Part shown: positions 13,301-28,300 of the stretch, piece by piece
Layout of the letters: every line of letters starts with the position of its first letter
Numbering within the stretch: the first letter of the stretch is position 1
NCBI GenBank assembly: GCA_964016885.1
Contig: OZ024758.1
Span: 28,706,001-28,770,000, forward strand
DNA from: Eledone cirrhosa
Lineage: Eukaryota
Direction: 5' to 3'
DNA: 64,000 bases
The notes under the pieces: generated by a model
Told to the model about the DNA's origin: nothing
The model's database searches: none
The model's input: the letters and a program-made list of their open reading frames with translations, nothing else
Made by a program: the position numbers and the translations under genes

Positions 13301-16300
13301 TCTCAATTTTTTGTCTTCTTAGGCTGCAAGGAAGGTTCAAATTTCATCTACTGTTGACAATGGTGATACTAGAGGACCATGGAACATATCAACAAAGTAA
13401 TTCATATATTTTATACAACTGAAATTTATTTCTTCCTTTTTTCGTGTGTGTATGAGGTTTTTACTTGAGTTAAAATATATCTTCTTTCTTTATGGATATT
13501 AATGTATATGTTTTTAGATCAATGGTCCAAGAACATGAAAAAGAACATGAAAAAGGCAATGAAAAAGTGCATGGGAATATTTTAAGTATTGCTGTGCTTG
13601 AAGCATTATCTAAAGTTAAAGTAAATGGGCAAATGGTAAGTGTTCCTATTATACTATTTATAATTATTATATTCTAGTTACTTCAGTCATATTAGTATCT
13701 CCACAATTAAACATTTTATTCCATTTCATAATAATTATAGTGCTCAGGTGTACTACAACTCATCAAAGGTGCATGTATAGTATATGGAATAATGTACAAA
13801 TGTCAGGAAATTGAACAAAGTATGGAGTCATGATATACACAGATATTTGCACGTGTGTATATGGAGTGGGAATATCAGGTGTATTGTTGGTAAATTTCAG
13901 GAAGCATAGAAGTTGAAGGGTGCAGTGTCCCGACAGCTAACAATAGATGCAGGTACTTTATTCTATGCTTCAGCAACTTTGAACATGAAAAAAATGTTTC
14001 CAAAAGTCATGGGAGCTGTGCTGTTTTCTTATTATGAACTTCATCAGATTTAGTAGATTCTGATTTTAGTTCTCAGCCCAGAAATTTAATGGAGATACAG
14101 TTGACTATTTTTTTTTATTTTTAATTCGTACTTAATGTATATTTACTTTATTTTATTTGTGGTTTAAGAAATTTCCTTTGCAACTATGCGGTTTTGGTTT
14201 CAATCTCTTCTTATTTATTACAGAGTCCTGAGAAACACGTGAAGCGAGAAGAGCTGCTGGTTCAGCTCTGCGAACTTGCTTGTCTACAGAAAAATAAAAA
14301 AGTAAGCACCCCTCCCCCTTTTTTTTTTATTACCTTTCAATGCATTTATAAGAATCTATAGCAAGTATTTGATGTTGTCCTAATTCATAAGTAACTGAAA
14401 CAAATTAAACCTCTGTTTTTATCAATCTCTCTTTGAGTCCTAGTTCTTTAACCCTTTAGCATTTACATTACTCTATATTTACTATTGTATTTACATGGTA
14501 AAGGCTTTATCTCACATAATATTAAATCTATGTGATTTCGATGTTATTTATTTTGAGAACAATACCTCAAGGTCAGTATGAGCAGCTGGTTATGACCAGT
14601 TTGAACAGAAAGAAGTGAGAGAATTTTAGCCGGATATGGCCGGTTTAAATGTATTTCAAGTGAAACTAAATACTAAAGCTTTAATTATAATGTTTTTCTA
14701 TATATAGCATCCTATGTTTAGCCTTTGTTAGATATCATGTGTAAATTAATCAGACTGTTGAATTTGACAAGAAATTATTATCTCTTGAATTGAAAAAGAA
14801 AATATTTAGTAGGCTTACTCCACGCATATTTAGAAAATTGCCATATACTTTATAAATATAGTTCTTTAAAGAGCTACTAAGCGAAACCTGTGTGTATTAT
14901 TAAACCTGAACAATTTGAGTTAAGAATTATATAGATAAAAAGTGATGAACATTCAAAAAATATTGTTGTGAAAGACAAATGGTTAAAAACAAAAACACTA
15001 TCGCATTAGATTTGAATGTATTTGCATTTCTGAAAGAATATTGAGAGAATTACCATCATGTGTAAAGAAAAATATAAATGTGAAATTATTTCAAAGCATC
15101 TATTTAGAAAATTAAGTACTTGAAAATAGTTTACTTATTTATGCAACAAAATTAGTATTAAAAGAACTTCAGGTATTTTATAACTTATTGACCACACAGC
15201 CATGCCTGCGCATATTTATAATAATAATATACATAATTAAATTTGACAATAGTAAATTTGGTTCCTTTTTTTTTTACATATTTTGGTCGTTATTTCATTT
15301 TCAGGGGTTGCAGGCAACTGAAAACTTAAAAGAAGGTCAACTGATATCTGAATATGTTGGAAGAGTTTCTTTGAAAGAAGAATGTATAAATGCATCTATG
15401 AAAAGGTTAATATTGATGAAATTTTGTATTTATAATTATTTTTTCTAATCTATCTCTAAGGATTCTTGCATTTTGTTTTGTTTTTTATTCTCTAGAATTA
15501 TTAGTTTTATAATATTTTTCTGTATGAATTTAATATTTTTGAGAATATATATTGTTAAATTTCAGATTGAAACCATTCACATTAGTTTACTCCAAATTAG
15601 AAGGAGCAGAATTGTTCATAGATGCAAGTACTCTGGGTAATGTCTCAAGATATATACGACGATCATGCAGTCCAAATGCAGAGGTATTACTTATTTTTTA
15701 TTCATTTTTATTTTACTATTTTTTTTCTAAATAACCAATCCCTTTAACTATTTGAGTGTTTTTATGGGTTTTATACTTTTTTTATTTTATTTTGATGTAC
15801 AATGGGTTGAAAAATTCTGCCATAAAATAGTCAGTTCATAAAAATCTCTATTTTTTGTTGATAAAATGATAAATGAAGATTAGTTAATCCTCACCCTTCA
15901 TTTGATAATATTGGTATACTTAGTATGGAGGCACATGGCTTAGTGGTTAGAGCATTGCACTTGCAATCAGGAGTTTGTGAGTTCGATTCTCGGACCGGGT
16001 GATGCGTTGTGTCTTTGAGCAAGACACTTTATTTCACATTGCTCCAGTTTACTCAGCTGTAGAAATGAGATGCTATATTGGCCATTGCCTTTTCCTTGGA
16101 CAACATTGGTGACGTGGTGTGAAGAGGTATGCATGGGCAACTGCTGGTCTTCCACAAACAACCTTGCCCAGACATGTGGCTTGGAGGGGAAGTTTCTAGG
16201 TACAAATCCCATGGTTATTCATGACCAAAGGGGGTGTTTACTAATATGTTAACTTACACAAACAAAAGTTATTGTTCTTTCCTTGTCATTGTTGTAGGTT

Positions 16301-19300
16301 GTAAGCTATGATATATATATTTTTTAATGTATCATTTGAGGAACCATATTGATTGCAGATATTGTTGCTTTCTATTGATATTTATCAACATAATATGTTG
16401 AGATTATTAACTCTGGCTTCTTTAAACTGATGTCTTGAAACCTCTCTTTCTGTTTTTTTTTTAATATGCAGTAAGAGTGCAGGAAAATTGAAGCCCTTAT
16501 TAAATGAAAATTTAATTAGATCATACTTTTATTTAACCCTTTAGTTACCAACACTGCCAAAACTGACTCTGGTTCTATGAAGTAAAACCACCCATTTTAA
16601 AGGTTTCCAATTTAAATTAAAATCTTCCAACGTAATTTTATATAAGAACCTTAAATTAAGTTACTATCTTAGTAATGAAATAATTGATAATTTTTGTAAA
16701 TCCCTCAAAATTGTTCATTAATTAATTAAAATAGCGTGTATTTCATTAGAAATGTGGTCATGGGAGGATTAAAAGATATCAACAATTGACAATGGAAAAT
16801 GTTCTAATTCTAACAATCGGTATATTTCAATCATTCAAATGGATATCTCCCTTCTTTCTTTTAGATGCGGCATTTACTACATCAAGGTTTCATTCGTTTC
16901 TTAATCTATTCTACTAAAGTGATTTCGAAAGGTGCTGAAATAACAATACCATTTGATTTTACCCAAGAAGATGGGTAAGTTATATATGTTATCAAATTTA
17001 TTGAGTATATTTTTGAAACTTTTACTATGGCTACAATAGAAAGCTATGGCTATGACAGTCATGGTTGTTTTGATATTTTTTTTAAACCCTACTTTTATTT
17101 CAAGCAATAATATCATAAGCATTGAGTTGAATTATATTTGAAATGATGTTTAACCCTTTTAATACATAAGTACCTGATAAACATTTATGGTTTTACAATA
17201 GAAAGCTGTTTAATTTAGTGTCTATATCTTTTTAAAAATCTTCCCTCATAATTTTATATAAGAACCTTTGTTAAGTCATGTTCCAAACACCAGCTTAATA
17301 ATGAGAAATGTATATTACTAAATTCTTTTCAAAATTATTTTTAAATTATAAGTAGTTGTCATTAGAAATATGGTAAGGAAAGAGTTAGTAAATTAACTTT
17401 GATTATTAAGCAATTTTTAAGAAATGATTGCTTGTTTTTGTTTTAAATCAATGTCTTAAGATTATGACTTAACTGCAGAAAAACAATATCTAGATCTCTC
17501 TCCCTTTCCATATCAAGTCTTATGGAAGACATATCACAATACAGAAACTATGAACAGTTCTAACTCTTTAACATTTAAACCGGCCATATCTGGCCAGAAT
17601 TCTCTCACCTCTTTCTGTTTAAAATGGCTGTAACCAGCCACTCATATTGATGTTATGGTATTGTTTTCAAAATCTCATAGATTCGATATTATGTGAGGTA
17701 AAGCTTTTACCACAAAAATACAATAGTAAATATAGAGTAATGCAAATGCTAAAGGGTTAAATTCTATTACGTTCTGAATATTTTCTTCAATGATTTAACT
17801 GAAATTTATTCATCCCTATTTTATTTTATTTATTCCAGTGTTCTTCACACAGAATGTGCTTGCTCAAGAATCAATTGTCCACTCAGTAAACCGAAAAATA
17901 AAAAGATTAACATTAACAGGTAACTTTTGATGACTTGGTTTGTTTGTTGTTGTTTTTTTATATTAGTGTAAATGTGAACCTTTTTCTTAACATTTATTTT
18001 TAAAATTGCAGAAATCGACGAAAACTTAAAAATAAATCTATGTCTGAAAATATGTTGGATAGTGTAGCTGATTCTCCTTGCTTTGGAGTGGTGTCCAATA
18101 TTGTCTCTAATACTACTAATACACCTACAGATACAGATACTTCAGCGGCTGCTGTTGCTGCTGCAATGGCTGTAGCTGCTGCTGCTGAAGCACAACCCTT
18201 GGTTATTCCTTTGGATATGAAGGTACTGTTTTACACTTGATATAAATTCTTTTCTTAAGCAACATATTATTAAATAACTATATTGCCCATTGTCTAAATT
18301 TAGAATGTGTGGCTGTCGTGCATGTCTTGTCTTATAACAAATTTCTTCGGTTGAATGCCCTTCCTGCTTCCAACCCATACTTTTCAGTATTCACCTTCAA
18401 AACACTGTTAAGTCTGAGTCACTGACTTAACCCTTTAGCATTTAAACTGACCATATCCAGCTAGAATTCTCTCACCCCTTTCTCAAAATAAATAAATATC
18501 CAAAGCCTTTACCATGAAAATACAATAGTATATATAGAGTAATGTAAATGGTAAAGAGTTAATAGTGCTTTGAAGGTGAATACATTTATAAATACACACA
18601 TACACAGAAACGACATGCTTTCAGTGTTCCATCTACCAATTTCACTCACAAGGCATTGGTTGGCTCGATGCCCAAAGTACCATGCATCATGACTGAACTC
18701 AGAACTATGTGCTTTAGAACTGACCTTCTGAACCACAGTGCTACAATTGTACTCACAGATAGATATAACATAATGGTTTACTTGATGTAAGTTTACCTCA
18801 CCACAAACATCATAGTTATCAACTACTTCTGTTCTAACACTACAGTTGTTCTGTTGTCCTTTCAGACAATGCATATTACTCTATATCAGTCTTTCTTGTT
18901 GATAGTTATCTTCATATCACCCATTTCTTCATATTTGTGTAGAATATTTTCTGAACAATGGAAAATTAGATGTTGATAATGAAAAATTGAACTGTATTTA
19001 TGATAGTCTTAAAAAAACACATTGTGTTATAGAGACATTAATAGTTGCAGGACTGAAATGAATTGAAATATATGTTGAGTGTTAACTTGTATGAAATGTG
19101 GAGTGCAAGGAGTTAAAGGCATCAGCTAATTTAAGCAAGAGAAATGACTGTTTGGGATGTGAATGGGTTATAAATGCTTGGGAAAAGGTGTCATGTTCTA
19201 ACTTGGAATTTACACATGGCAGATGAATTAATAAGAGCAAATATGAAGATATTGGACATGTCAAAGTGGAGAAACAAGGAATGGATGAATAAACCTAACA

Positions 19301-22300
19301 TGTATAAAAATTATGCTATTAAATTTTGTATTTTCTTTAAAAAGTTTTTGCTAAGAATTTTTATTATAAATCTTTTTTTTTTATTCTAGCCTCCACACTC
19401 ATCCAATGCGAATGTCATCTATAAAACTATCCCTTCTTCTCCTTCTATTCCTACATCTATGGTAAAATTATTTCCTTCTCAAACTCCTCAGCTAGCTTCT
19501 CGGTCTTCAGTTTATACTCATGCTAATACCACAGGTACCTCTTTATCCCCGACTATTTCTCTACCAGTTTCTATTGTTTCTTCAGAACTTTCTATTCAAG
19601 CACCTCCAAATAATTGCTCAGTCTCTTCTATTTCTCTTCCTCCACCAATCCCATCTGCTCCTATGCCTCTCACTATGCCAACTAAATCAGCCTGCACTCT
19701 TGAGGATTTGGCAGCAGTGGCCACAGCCCCTAATGCAGCTATGGCAGCTATTGCAGTATCTAACAATAGCAATAATGATGCTTCTTTGTTACAATTGCCT
19801 CCTCCACCAACCCCAACAGAAGCAGAAGCAGCCGCAGCTGCTGCTGCTGCTGTTGATGCCGCTGTTGCTGCTCCACCATTACCTACCCATGTGGAAGGTG
19901 AGATATCACCTACTATTGATGATAATTTAGAACCTCCTCGGAAAATGGTAAGTTATATATCCTTTCTTATATTAGTAACTGACTTATTATTTTTGATCAA
20001 ATACTTTTAAATTATCAATACAGTGATAAATATTGATTATTTGAATTAAGAAAAAAAACATTTGTTTTAGCATAGTCAAGGGCTTAGGAATACCCTTCAG
20101 CTTGTGTCAAATGACACGACAGCTTCTCCTCTGCACACGATATGGATACTGACCCCTCAGCCAGTCTGAGTAGTCCCTCTTCAGTACTGACTTGGTCTAT
20201 GTAGACCCATCCAAACCCTTGCTGGCAGGGAAAGCAGACGTTAAATGATGATGGGTCGAGACTATTTCTACTCAGCTATTTTCAATCCACTGCTGGGTGA
20301 AATCTCAGTAACTGGGCTGGTATTAGGCTTATCTGCCCACACTGGTCAAATATAGGTTGGATAGAATGTAGAATTAGGACTCAGAATGCAAAGCATTTCA
20401 ACTACACTCAAACAATTTTGCCAATCCACTGCTCAGGACTGGTACTTTATTCATTGGTCTCTAAAGGATGAAAGGCAAAGTAGAACTCTAAACAGAGAAT
20501 GCCAGAACAGATGCCACAAAACATCTAATCCAACAGTAATGACTGCCAGTTTACTGCCTTATCTGATGATTATAATTGAGCTTTTCTCTATCTCTTTCTG
20601 TTTTGGGTCTGCTATAACTAAGAGAATGATTCACACTTCACTGGTACTCATTAAAAAAAAAAACATCTATAATTTTGAAAATATTGCAAAAAGTATTACC
20701 ATTGGAATGTTGATATTCAAATAATATAATTGGTATACATGCAAAGTTTACTCTAGTGTGAGGTACTTAGTTTGACTGGATGTATTTCTATGATAGACAC
20801 TTCCATGGTGCATTCTTTGATGCAGATTATATTTATGGAGAACTTTGACAACTGAAATCATTGACTTACTTGGTTGGCTAGTATTTTTCACTTGCAAATA
20901 CTTCATTCCATTATCATTCAACAAATAGAATAACTGCATTACCCTAAAATATCTCAAATGGTAGCCCACTGGGAGAGCTAGAAATAGAAATGTATGTGAG
21001 TTATATAATTCACTTTCATTTTGTTAAAATTGCCAATAATATTCATGTAGACAAGAGAAGAAAGGAAAATGGAAGCAATTGTTAAAGCATTTGAAAAGCT
21101 GGAAAAACGAGAAGAAAGAAGAAAAGAAGCTTTGGCTAGACTTGAAAATGCTCGGAAAAGTCAAGAAGAGAAAAAAAGAGTAAGTTGGATTGTATTAGAA
21201 TTTTCGTTATCTGCTTTTAAACTTGTTGCAAATGCATTCCTTTTTTATAGCAAAGTGTTAAGATAATATGCAAATTTAACCCTTCATAAAATTTATTTCA
21301 AGCATATATTTATATTTATATGCAGTGGGAATAAACAAACATCACTGCTTGAATTTAATTTAATATTTTTTATATAAAGATGCGTACGGTAAACAGGTGC
21401 ACGTGCACGCGTACATACACACACTCATATATATATAATGAATTAAGAGTGAATAACCAGTTTAGACTTATAACATGATTTTACTCTACAAACGTTTCAA
21501 TGTAGAACAGCCACCCATACCCCAGTATATGTATTGGGCATTAGTCTGATGTTCTACATATATATATACAGGCTTCCTTAAAATTTGTCTACCAGATTCA
21601 CTTATAAGGCATTGATTGGCCTTTGATACATTCTTACATATTGTATTAAAATTACAATCAATAAATTATTAATATACTAAGATCACATTAAAACTGAAAT
21701 ATATTTCTTATACCTGTGTGAGTGTGGTAGTATGTATTTTTCATGTAGCTATAAGCTGTGATAGGAATTTAACAAATTTAAACAGTGGTATAGTAAAATC
21801 CCAAACTAATAACATCATTACTCATGCTGTGCTGGCTATAGCTATATTCTTCAAGTATGTTCTTAACATAAATATATATAACACATTTTCATTCTCTGTC
21901 CTTATATTATGATTATACGTTTGATTACTTTCATCAAAAGGTAACTTATCGAGTGACCTGTTAGAATTAAGTCTAGACAAGTCATTCATTTGTCACTTAC
22001 CATAAGTTTTATATTAATTGCTGGTAAAGAAATTCACAACTGACTATTAAGAGTTATAATAGAGAAATATGTATGTGTGATTAGACTTTATCAAATTGCC
22101 AGTATCTTGCAAAACCAAGAAATGGGAAGTGTTTAACGTTTCACAATTCCCTAAATATAAAAACTTAGCACTGAAGTGTATTTTTGTTTTATGATTGCAG
22201 GAGTCTCCAGAAGATGAAGAAAAAGTAGAATTAAAGGATATTAAACCTGACATTTCTACACTATCTAAACCCCCAAGTACAAAGTAAGCTTCCTATAATG

Positions 22301-25300
22301 TATACATTTTAATTTATTAGGTTTACTTTTATTTATTGACCAGTATTTTATTTACTTTGTATTCAAATTTGTTTACTCAAGCAAAAGTCATTAATTCTTA
22401 TATTTTTCATTGTTTTCAGGAAAAAGAAGAAAGCTCATTCTATATCAACAAGAAGGTATGTATCTCTTGGAAATTTAATTTATTTACAAAATGGTTTTAC
22501 ATGATATACCTTTCATAGAAGATAATGTTACTTTTGTTTGTTACTTCTGTTCATAACTTATTTGTGGGATATTATTAACCCTTTAACATTTAAGCCAGCC
22601 ATATCCGGCCAGCATTCTCTCACCTCTTTCTCTTCAAACCGGCCACTGATACTGGATGTTCAGGTATTGTTTCCAAAATAGATAATATCAAAATTTCATA
22701 GATTCAATAGTATGTGAGATAAAGCCTTTACCACAAAAATACAATAATAAATATAAAGAAATTAAATGCTAAAGGGTTAGTAAAACATAATTTTTTTGTC
22801 TATGAATATTTTTAATTTATAGCTACATTCTGTTTTTTTTTGTTATATAAATATGAATATTATTTATTTATTGTTTTAGACGCAGTCGAGTGAACAGTGG
22901 CGGCAGTTGTTCTGAAGCAGCATTGTCTCAAGATGAAAATAGCAATTTGGGTAGCAATCAAACAACTGCACTTTCATCTCCACTGGCAGTGGCTCCTTCT
23001 CTGGTAGTGACCCTTGCGGGACAAATTTCTAGTCCACAGCCAGTAACTGTGACAGCTCCTGCCCCTGTAACCACTGTAATACAAACTACTTCACTTTCAT
23101 CAAGCCTTTCACAAACTCCTCCAATTCAACCACCACCACCACCACAGTCTGCTCCACAAAACATAAATCAACAAAATGACATTTCAAACACACCATCAAG
23201 TTTCAAGTTCAAAACCAAGAAAGTAGGTTTAATTAAATTTATTCTCATTAAATAAAATATAAAATGAAAATTGACACTAAATATTTTCTAAACAATTTTG
23301 TATTCCTTTATTTCAGCAAATAATTTGGTGGGGATATAGTTTCTTTTTAATAACATAACGTTTTGATTTTTTTTTTTTCCCTCATTAGCTAAGTGAATGG
23401 CTAGAAGGCAAAGATACAAAAACAGTATTACCAGCAACCAAAACAGAACCATTGGAGGTCAACATAGAAGAAACTGCATTTGTTACTTGCTTCCATAGTC
23501 CACGTAGTTCATTGGAGCATCTTCATCGGAGAATGAGTCACATTTCAGCTTCCGGTAAAATGGACTCAAGTGTTGGATCTGCTAAAAAAGTAAGTGGTTG
23601 TAATCAAATTAATTTTTATTTTGTATTTAATTCATCTAATACCAATAAATTGTGTTCATACAGCGACTAATGCTTCAGAGTAAATTTTCTATGTACATAG
23701 GTGCAAGCATGGTTAGTGTGATTAAGAAGTTCACTTGGTCTTGGGTTTTATACCACTGCAAGTGTCATATTGACATCATCATCATCCAGTTTTTGATTAT
23801 GCAGGACACAATTAATCCCTAAGTAAGGGTGGGTTCTGCCTGACAACACTCCTTAGCATCCTGCTCCAGGTGTTTCTGTCTGCCGGCCTCACTTGGGCCA
23901 GGCCAAGCGTAGCTTGATCCCGAAAGACACCATTTATAAAAAGTCTGCTGTAACAGTTATTTGTCTCCCATAAGCAATACATCCAGCAAAGTAGCAATTC
24001 AACAACGTGCCATATGCCATAAGATATGAATTGGTTTCAGGAAAACCATCTGAGCTCTAGAAAACCTGCCAGAAAAATGATCTCATCCAACCTATTAACC
24101 CTTCAAACCGGCCACAATTTTCTACCTCTTTCTGTTGAAACTGGCCACTCATACTGATGTTAAGGTATTGTTCTCAAAATAAATACTTTCAAAATCTCAT
24201 AGATTCGATATTATTTGAGGTAAAGCCTTTACCATGAAAATATAATAGTATATATAGAATAATGTGAATGCTAAAGGGTTAAATGATGAGGATGAAGTTT
24301 TCTTATTCATTTTACAAAAAATATATATATATTATAAAAGTACTTCAAATGAGGAGCAGAAGCTGATGTTTGTATATATTTCCTTGTTCGGTTTTCTTGT
24401 ATAAAAGGCGTATATGTGAACTCAAAAGTAAAACAATTGGTTATGGCAACATTTAAGTCATGAATTCCTTGCCTCAGTCAATATAGATGGAAGTAAGCAC
24501 CACTCCTACTTTTTATTGTAATGTTTAGTTTGAAATCATATCCAGTTATAAAGTATTTGCTAGTGGGAGAAATAGATACAAATTTTCTTTGAAATATATA
24601 GATACTGCTCATTTGATTTTAATTAAGAACCTGATATAGTTTTTTAAAGTCTTTTGTTAGGAACAAATTAAGGTTATATTTTCCTTGGAGATATATATAC
24701 ATGAATATGGGAATCTAAAGTTATATTGACTTTTTCTACTTTTAGCGTTGGCTTCGTCAAGCTATGCATGAGACTGGTCCTACTGGCATGGACAGTGGCA
24801 AGGACTCCCCTCAACCCATCAATTCTGTAGTCTGTGATGTGGCAAGTCCAAATGCTGTTGCCTCCATGCCAAGTCCTGGAGCTTCTCCTCAAGCAGGTAA
24901 AATATCTTTATTCTAATTAATGGAAGATGTAAATCAGCTAATAAAATATTTAAGGTTCATTTTTTTTTAATATATATATATATATATATATACTTATATG
25001 TTAATAAAAAAAAAAAACAACCACAACTTTATACTACAGATTTTGTCACTCCACTGAAGAAACGAAGGTTAGCTAGAGAGTCTCTGTCATCAGATCAGCC
25101 ACTCATGTCTACTCCGTCCACATCCTCACCATCACAGACATCTAACCTCGATGTACCTTCAACATCTGCTCACTCAATAAATTTTGAAGATTCTGACATT
25201 AAATCAAGTCAGCAACTATTAAAGTCACCACCAGAAGATCTGCATTTAGAGGTAATTGTGTTTAAACTATGTCTACTATAACTTTCCAATATTTGTTATT

Positions 25301-28300
25301 TATTTGGACTAGTGTAAATAAATGTTTCATTTAATCCATTTGATACCAAACCACATAAAACCAACTTTCGTTCTGTAATACAAAATTGTTTTAACCTTCA
25401 ATCATAGTTTTATGTAAAAACATATTATGTTATATAACAAACACCAGTTAGTCAGTGGTGGTACCGCAGCATCGCCTCAGCCCATCGGCTGGAACACAAA
25501 GGAAATAAATAAATTACTAAATCCTTTCAAATTCTTGATTATTTTCAAAATAATCACCAAATGTGCCATTAAAAATATGGTAACAAAAGAGTTAAAGAAA
25601 TGGGGCTACTTTTATATTTTTACTTTAAAATGTTTATGAATCATTTTTATTTTGGATAATTATTTCCCTTAATTTATTATCTTTCTAGAAATACAAATTG
25701 ATCTCAACTGAAGTTAACTATTCTGGAATGGGATCAGAACTCAGGGACTCAATAGAAAGTGATACATGTGAATCCCAACCACCACCTTACAGTGATTCTA
25801 CTCGAGGAATATCTGACAGTGAAGAGACAAGTGGGCCTGAAGGATTGGAGAGTTTAGCTGCTGCTGCAGAACAATGCAGTGCAGTTGATGTATCATCTTG
25901 TAATTCTAGAACAAATCTTTTGTCACAAGTAACAACTCTACAATCAATGACTGCTGATCGTGTAAAATCTGAATGTGAAGATGACGAAACACTGGATGCG
26001 AGTGAAACTACAGAACATCAAAACCCAGACACTCTTGATAGTGCCAACCATTTTGAACAAAATTCTATCAAAGAAGAGAATGCATGTGAAACAAAGGAGC
26101 TTACAAGTACAAAACCTCTTTTAGAAAATTCTACGTGGACTACGTCACATCATGATTCTTTAAAAGATCATGTTGAAAGAGAAACTAAACATTCAGAGGC
26201 AATGGGGCCTAACTCTCTTGCTGCCCAAACAGTTTATACAAACTTTTCTAATGTATTTAAAAAACAAAAAGAGAATTCATCAGACATTCATCCCTTTGAA
26301 ACTAAAAAGGAAAAAATTCAAGAGATCTGTGATGATAAAAGTTGTAGTATTAGCGAGTATAACAGTGGAGTTACAGTACGTTCATTGAGGCGACCAAATT
26401 CAGTGGATATTATGTCAGAAAATGAGGTAAAAACTTCTGAATACTCACAAAAACATGTACTTGAAAATTCTGTTGATCATGCTGAAACCCGAACATGTGA
26501 TAGTGGAACAAATATACATTTTTCATTAGAAAAAGAGGTACTCAAGTCTGAAAACAGCGTGCCTGTTCAACGAGACTCTTGTCAGTTTTCCCCACATGTG
26601 GGTAAAGATGGCAAAAATCAAGCCAGTGATGTAGTTAGTGTTGGTGAGGGTATAGACTCTAAAATCAGAGAAACTCACCGCCAGAACACTTTGTGTGCAA
26701 CACACCTACAATCTGATTTGTGTACTACTGTTAGAATACCTGTTACAGAAAAAGAAAACTCTATTCGCAATGAAATGGAAATGGATACTTCTGGAAATGT
26801 TGCCAGTTATGGACAACCAATAGAGATAGATACATTAATAACTACTGTACTACCTACTGTTCCTGTACCCAATTTAATTTTAGAATCCTCTATACCTACA
26901 AAAGCTCCTTCAAAGAAAAAGGTGAGTTTTGGGCAAAACCTATGCAGCTACTAGCCCTTTATTTTTCTAAACCTCTCTATAAAATTGTTTAATGAATTGA
27001 TCATGTTGTTTACATATCTTTCATCACTGCCTTTATATATGTATTTCTGGTAAGTAATGCAACTGTAACCCTGTATTCCTTCTATAGTGTACACATGTCT
27101 GGAAGGGCACCCCACTGTAAAAACCATGCCCAAAAGAGTTGAGAGGACCTCTGTTGTGTCAATGGTACAACACCCTCTCTAGTGTTGGTGAACTACATGA
27201 TAAATGCACTTGGTACATGCTGTAAAGTGGTTGGTAATAGGAAGAACATCCAGCAGTAGAAAGCTTGCCAAACAAAGGGTTGGGAGGACCCTTCAGTTGT
27301 GTCAAGGACATGACAATTTCCCTAGTGATGGTGAACTACATGATAATGGTTAGCATTAGGAAGGCCATCCAGCTGTAGAAACCAAATCAAAACAGAGTGT
27401 ACAAACAGTACCTAATCACCTCGCTGGTCTGGCCTCAGCACGTAACAGCCGTCTAACCCATGCAAACATGGAAAATAGATATTAAATGGTGGTGATGATA
27501 TATATATATATATATATATACACACATTTAGCTTTAATATATTTCAGCTGGCAGCTAAATCTAGGAACAGTGATTCCCAAACTTATTTCATCACAGAACC
27601 CATATATCTTATGGACAACAACCTCCACTACCATCTTTCAATAAGACTCGAAATAAAACCAAAGTAAAGATTTATTCATTTAAAAAAAGAAAGCTTATAA
27701 TGAATTTTATGAAATAATATTAAGACACCTTGAGGGCTTAAAGCATACATTTGTGATATTACCCTTTCTTCATATGTTATATCATGAAACATGGTACTCA
27801 CTGTTGTTGTATTTTTGTTTTCTTGTAATTATATAAACAACTGTGATATAGATGAATATACAAGAAAGAGAAAATATAAATATATCAGGTGATATTAAAT
27901 TCCAAACAGAAATACATTAAATAGCTTAATAATTTTGATCAATCTAGTAATGATAAATATTTATTTATCACATAAGTCAAATGATATATATATATTTTGA
28001 GTATGTGTTGGTTGTTTACCGACACCTCAGTATGCAGGTTGGAGCACTCGACGAAATACGCAGGTTGGTTTGTTTACTCCGGAGTAATGTAAAATAATAT
28101 GTTAAAGTTGGCTTCATTTATTCTAATTCGCTGCTATATATATTTCAGTGACAGCCATTATTGGCTGTGACCTCATCAAGCAGTAAGAATTAATGTAGAA
28201 AAAACCGGTAAACATGGTGTTGTAATGCGTTCCACTGTCAATTCATCATGTCCAGCTCCTGGGTGTGTTTTTTCTACATTAATTCTTACTGCCTGATGAG

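Noticed and set aside
14020-14050. Minus-strand CTGATGA..GAAA, and isolated CTGATGA near 660, 20563, 28636, 29901, 30570
   Set aside because: No stem II or stem I complementarity; expected by chance.
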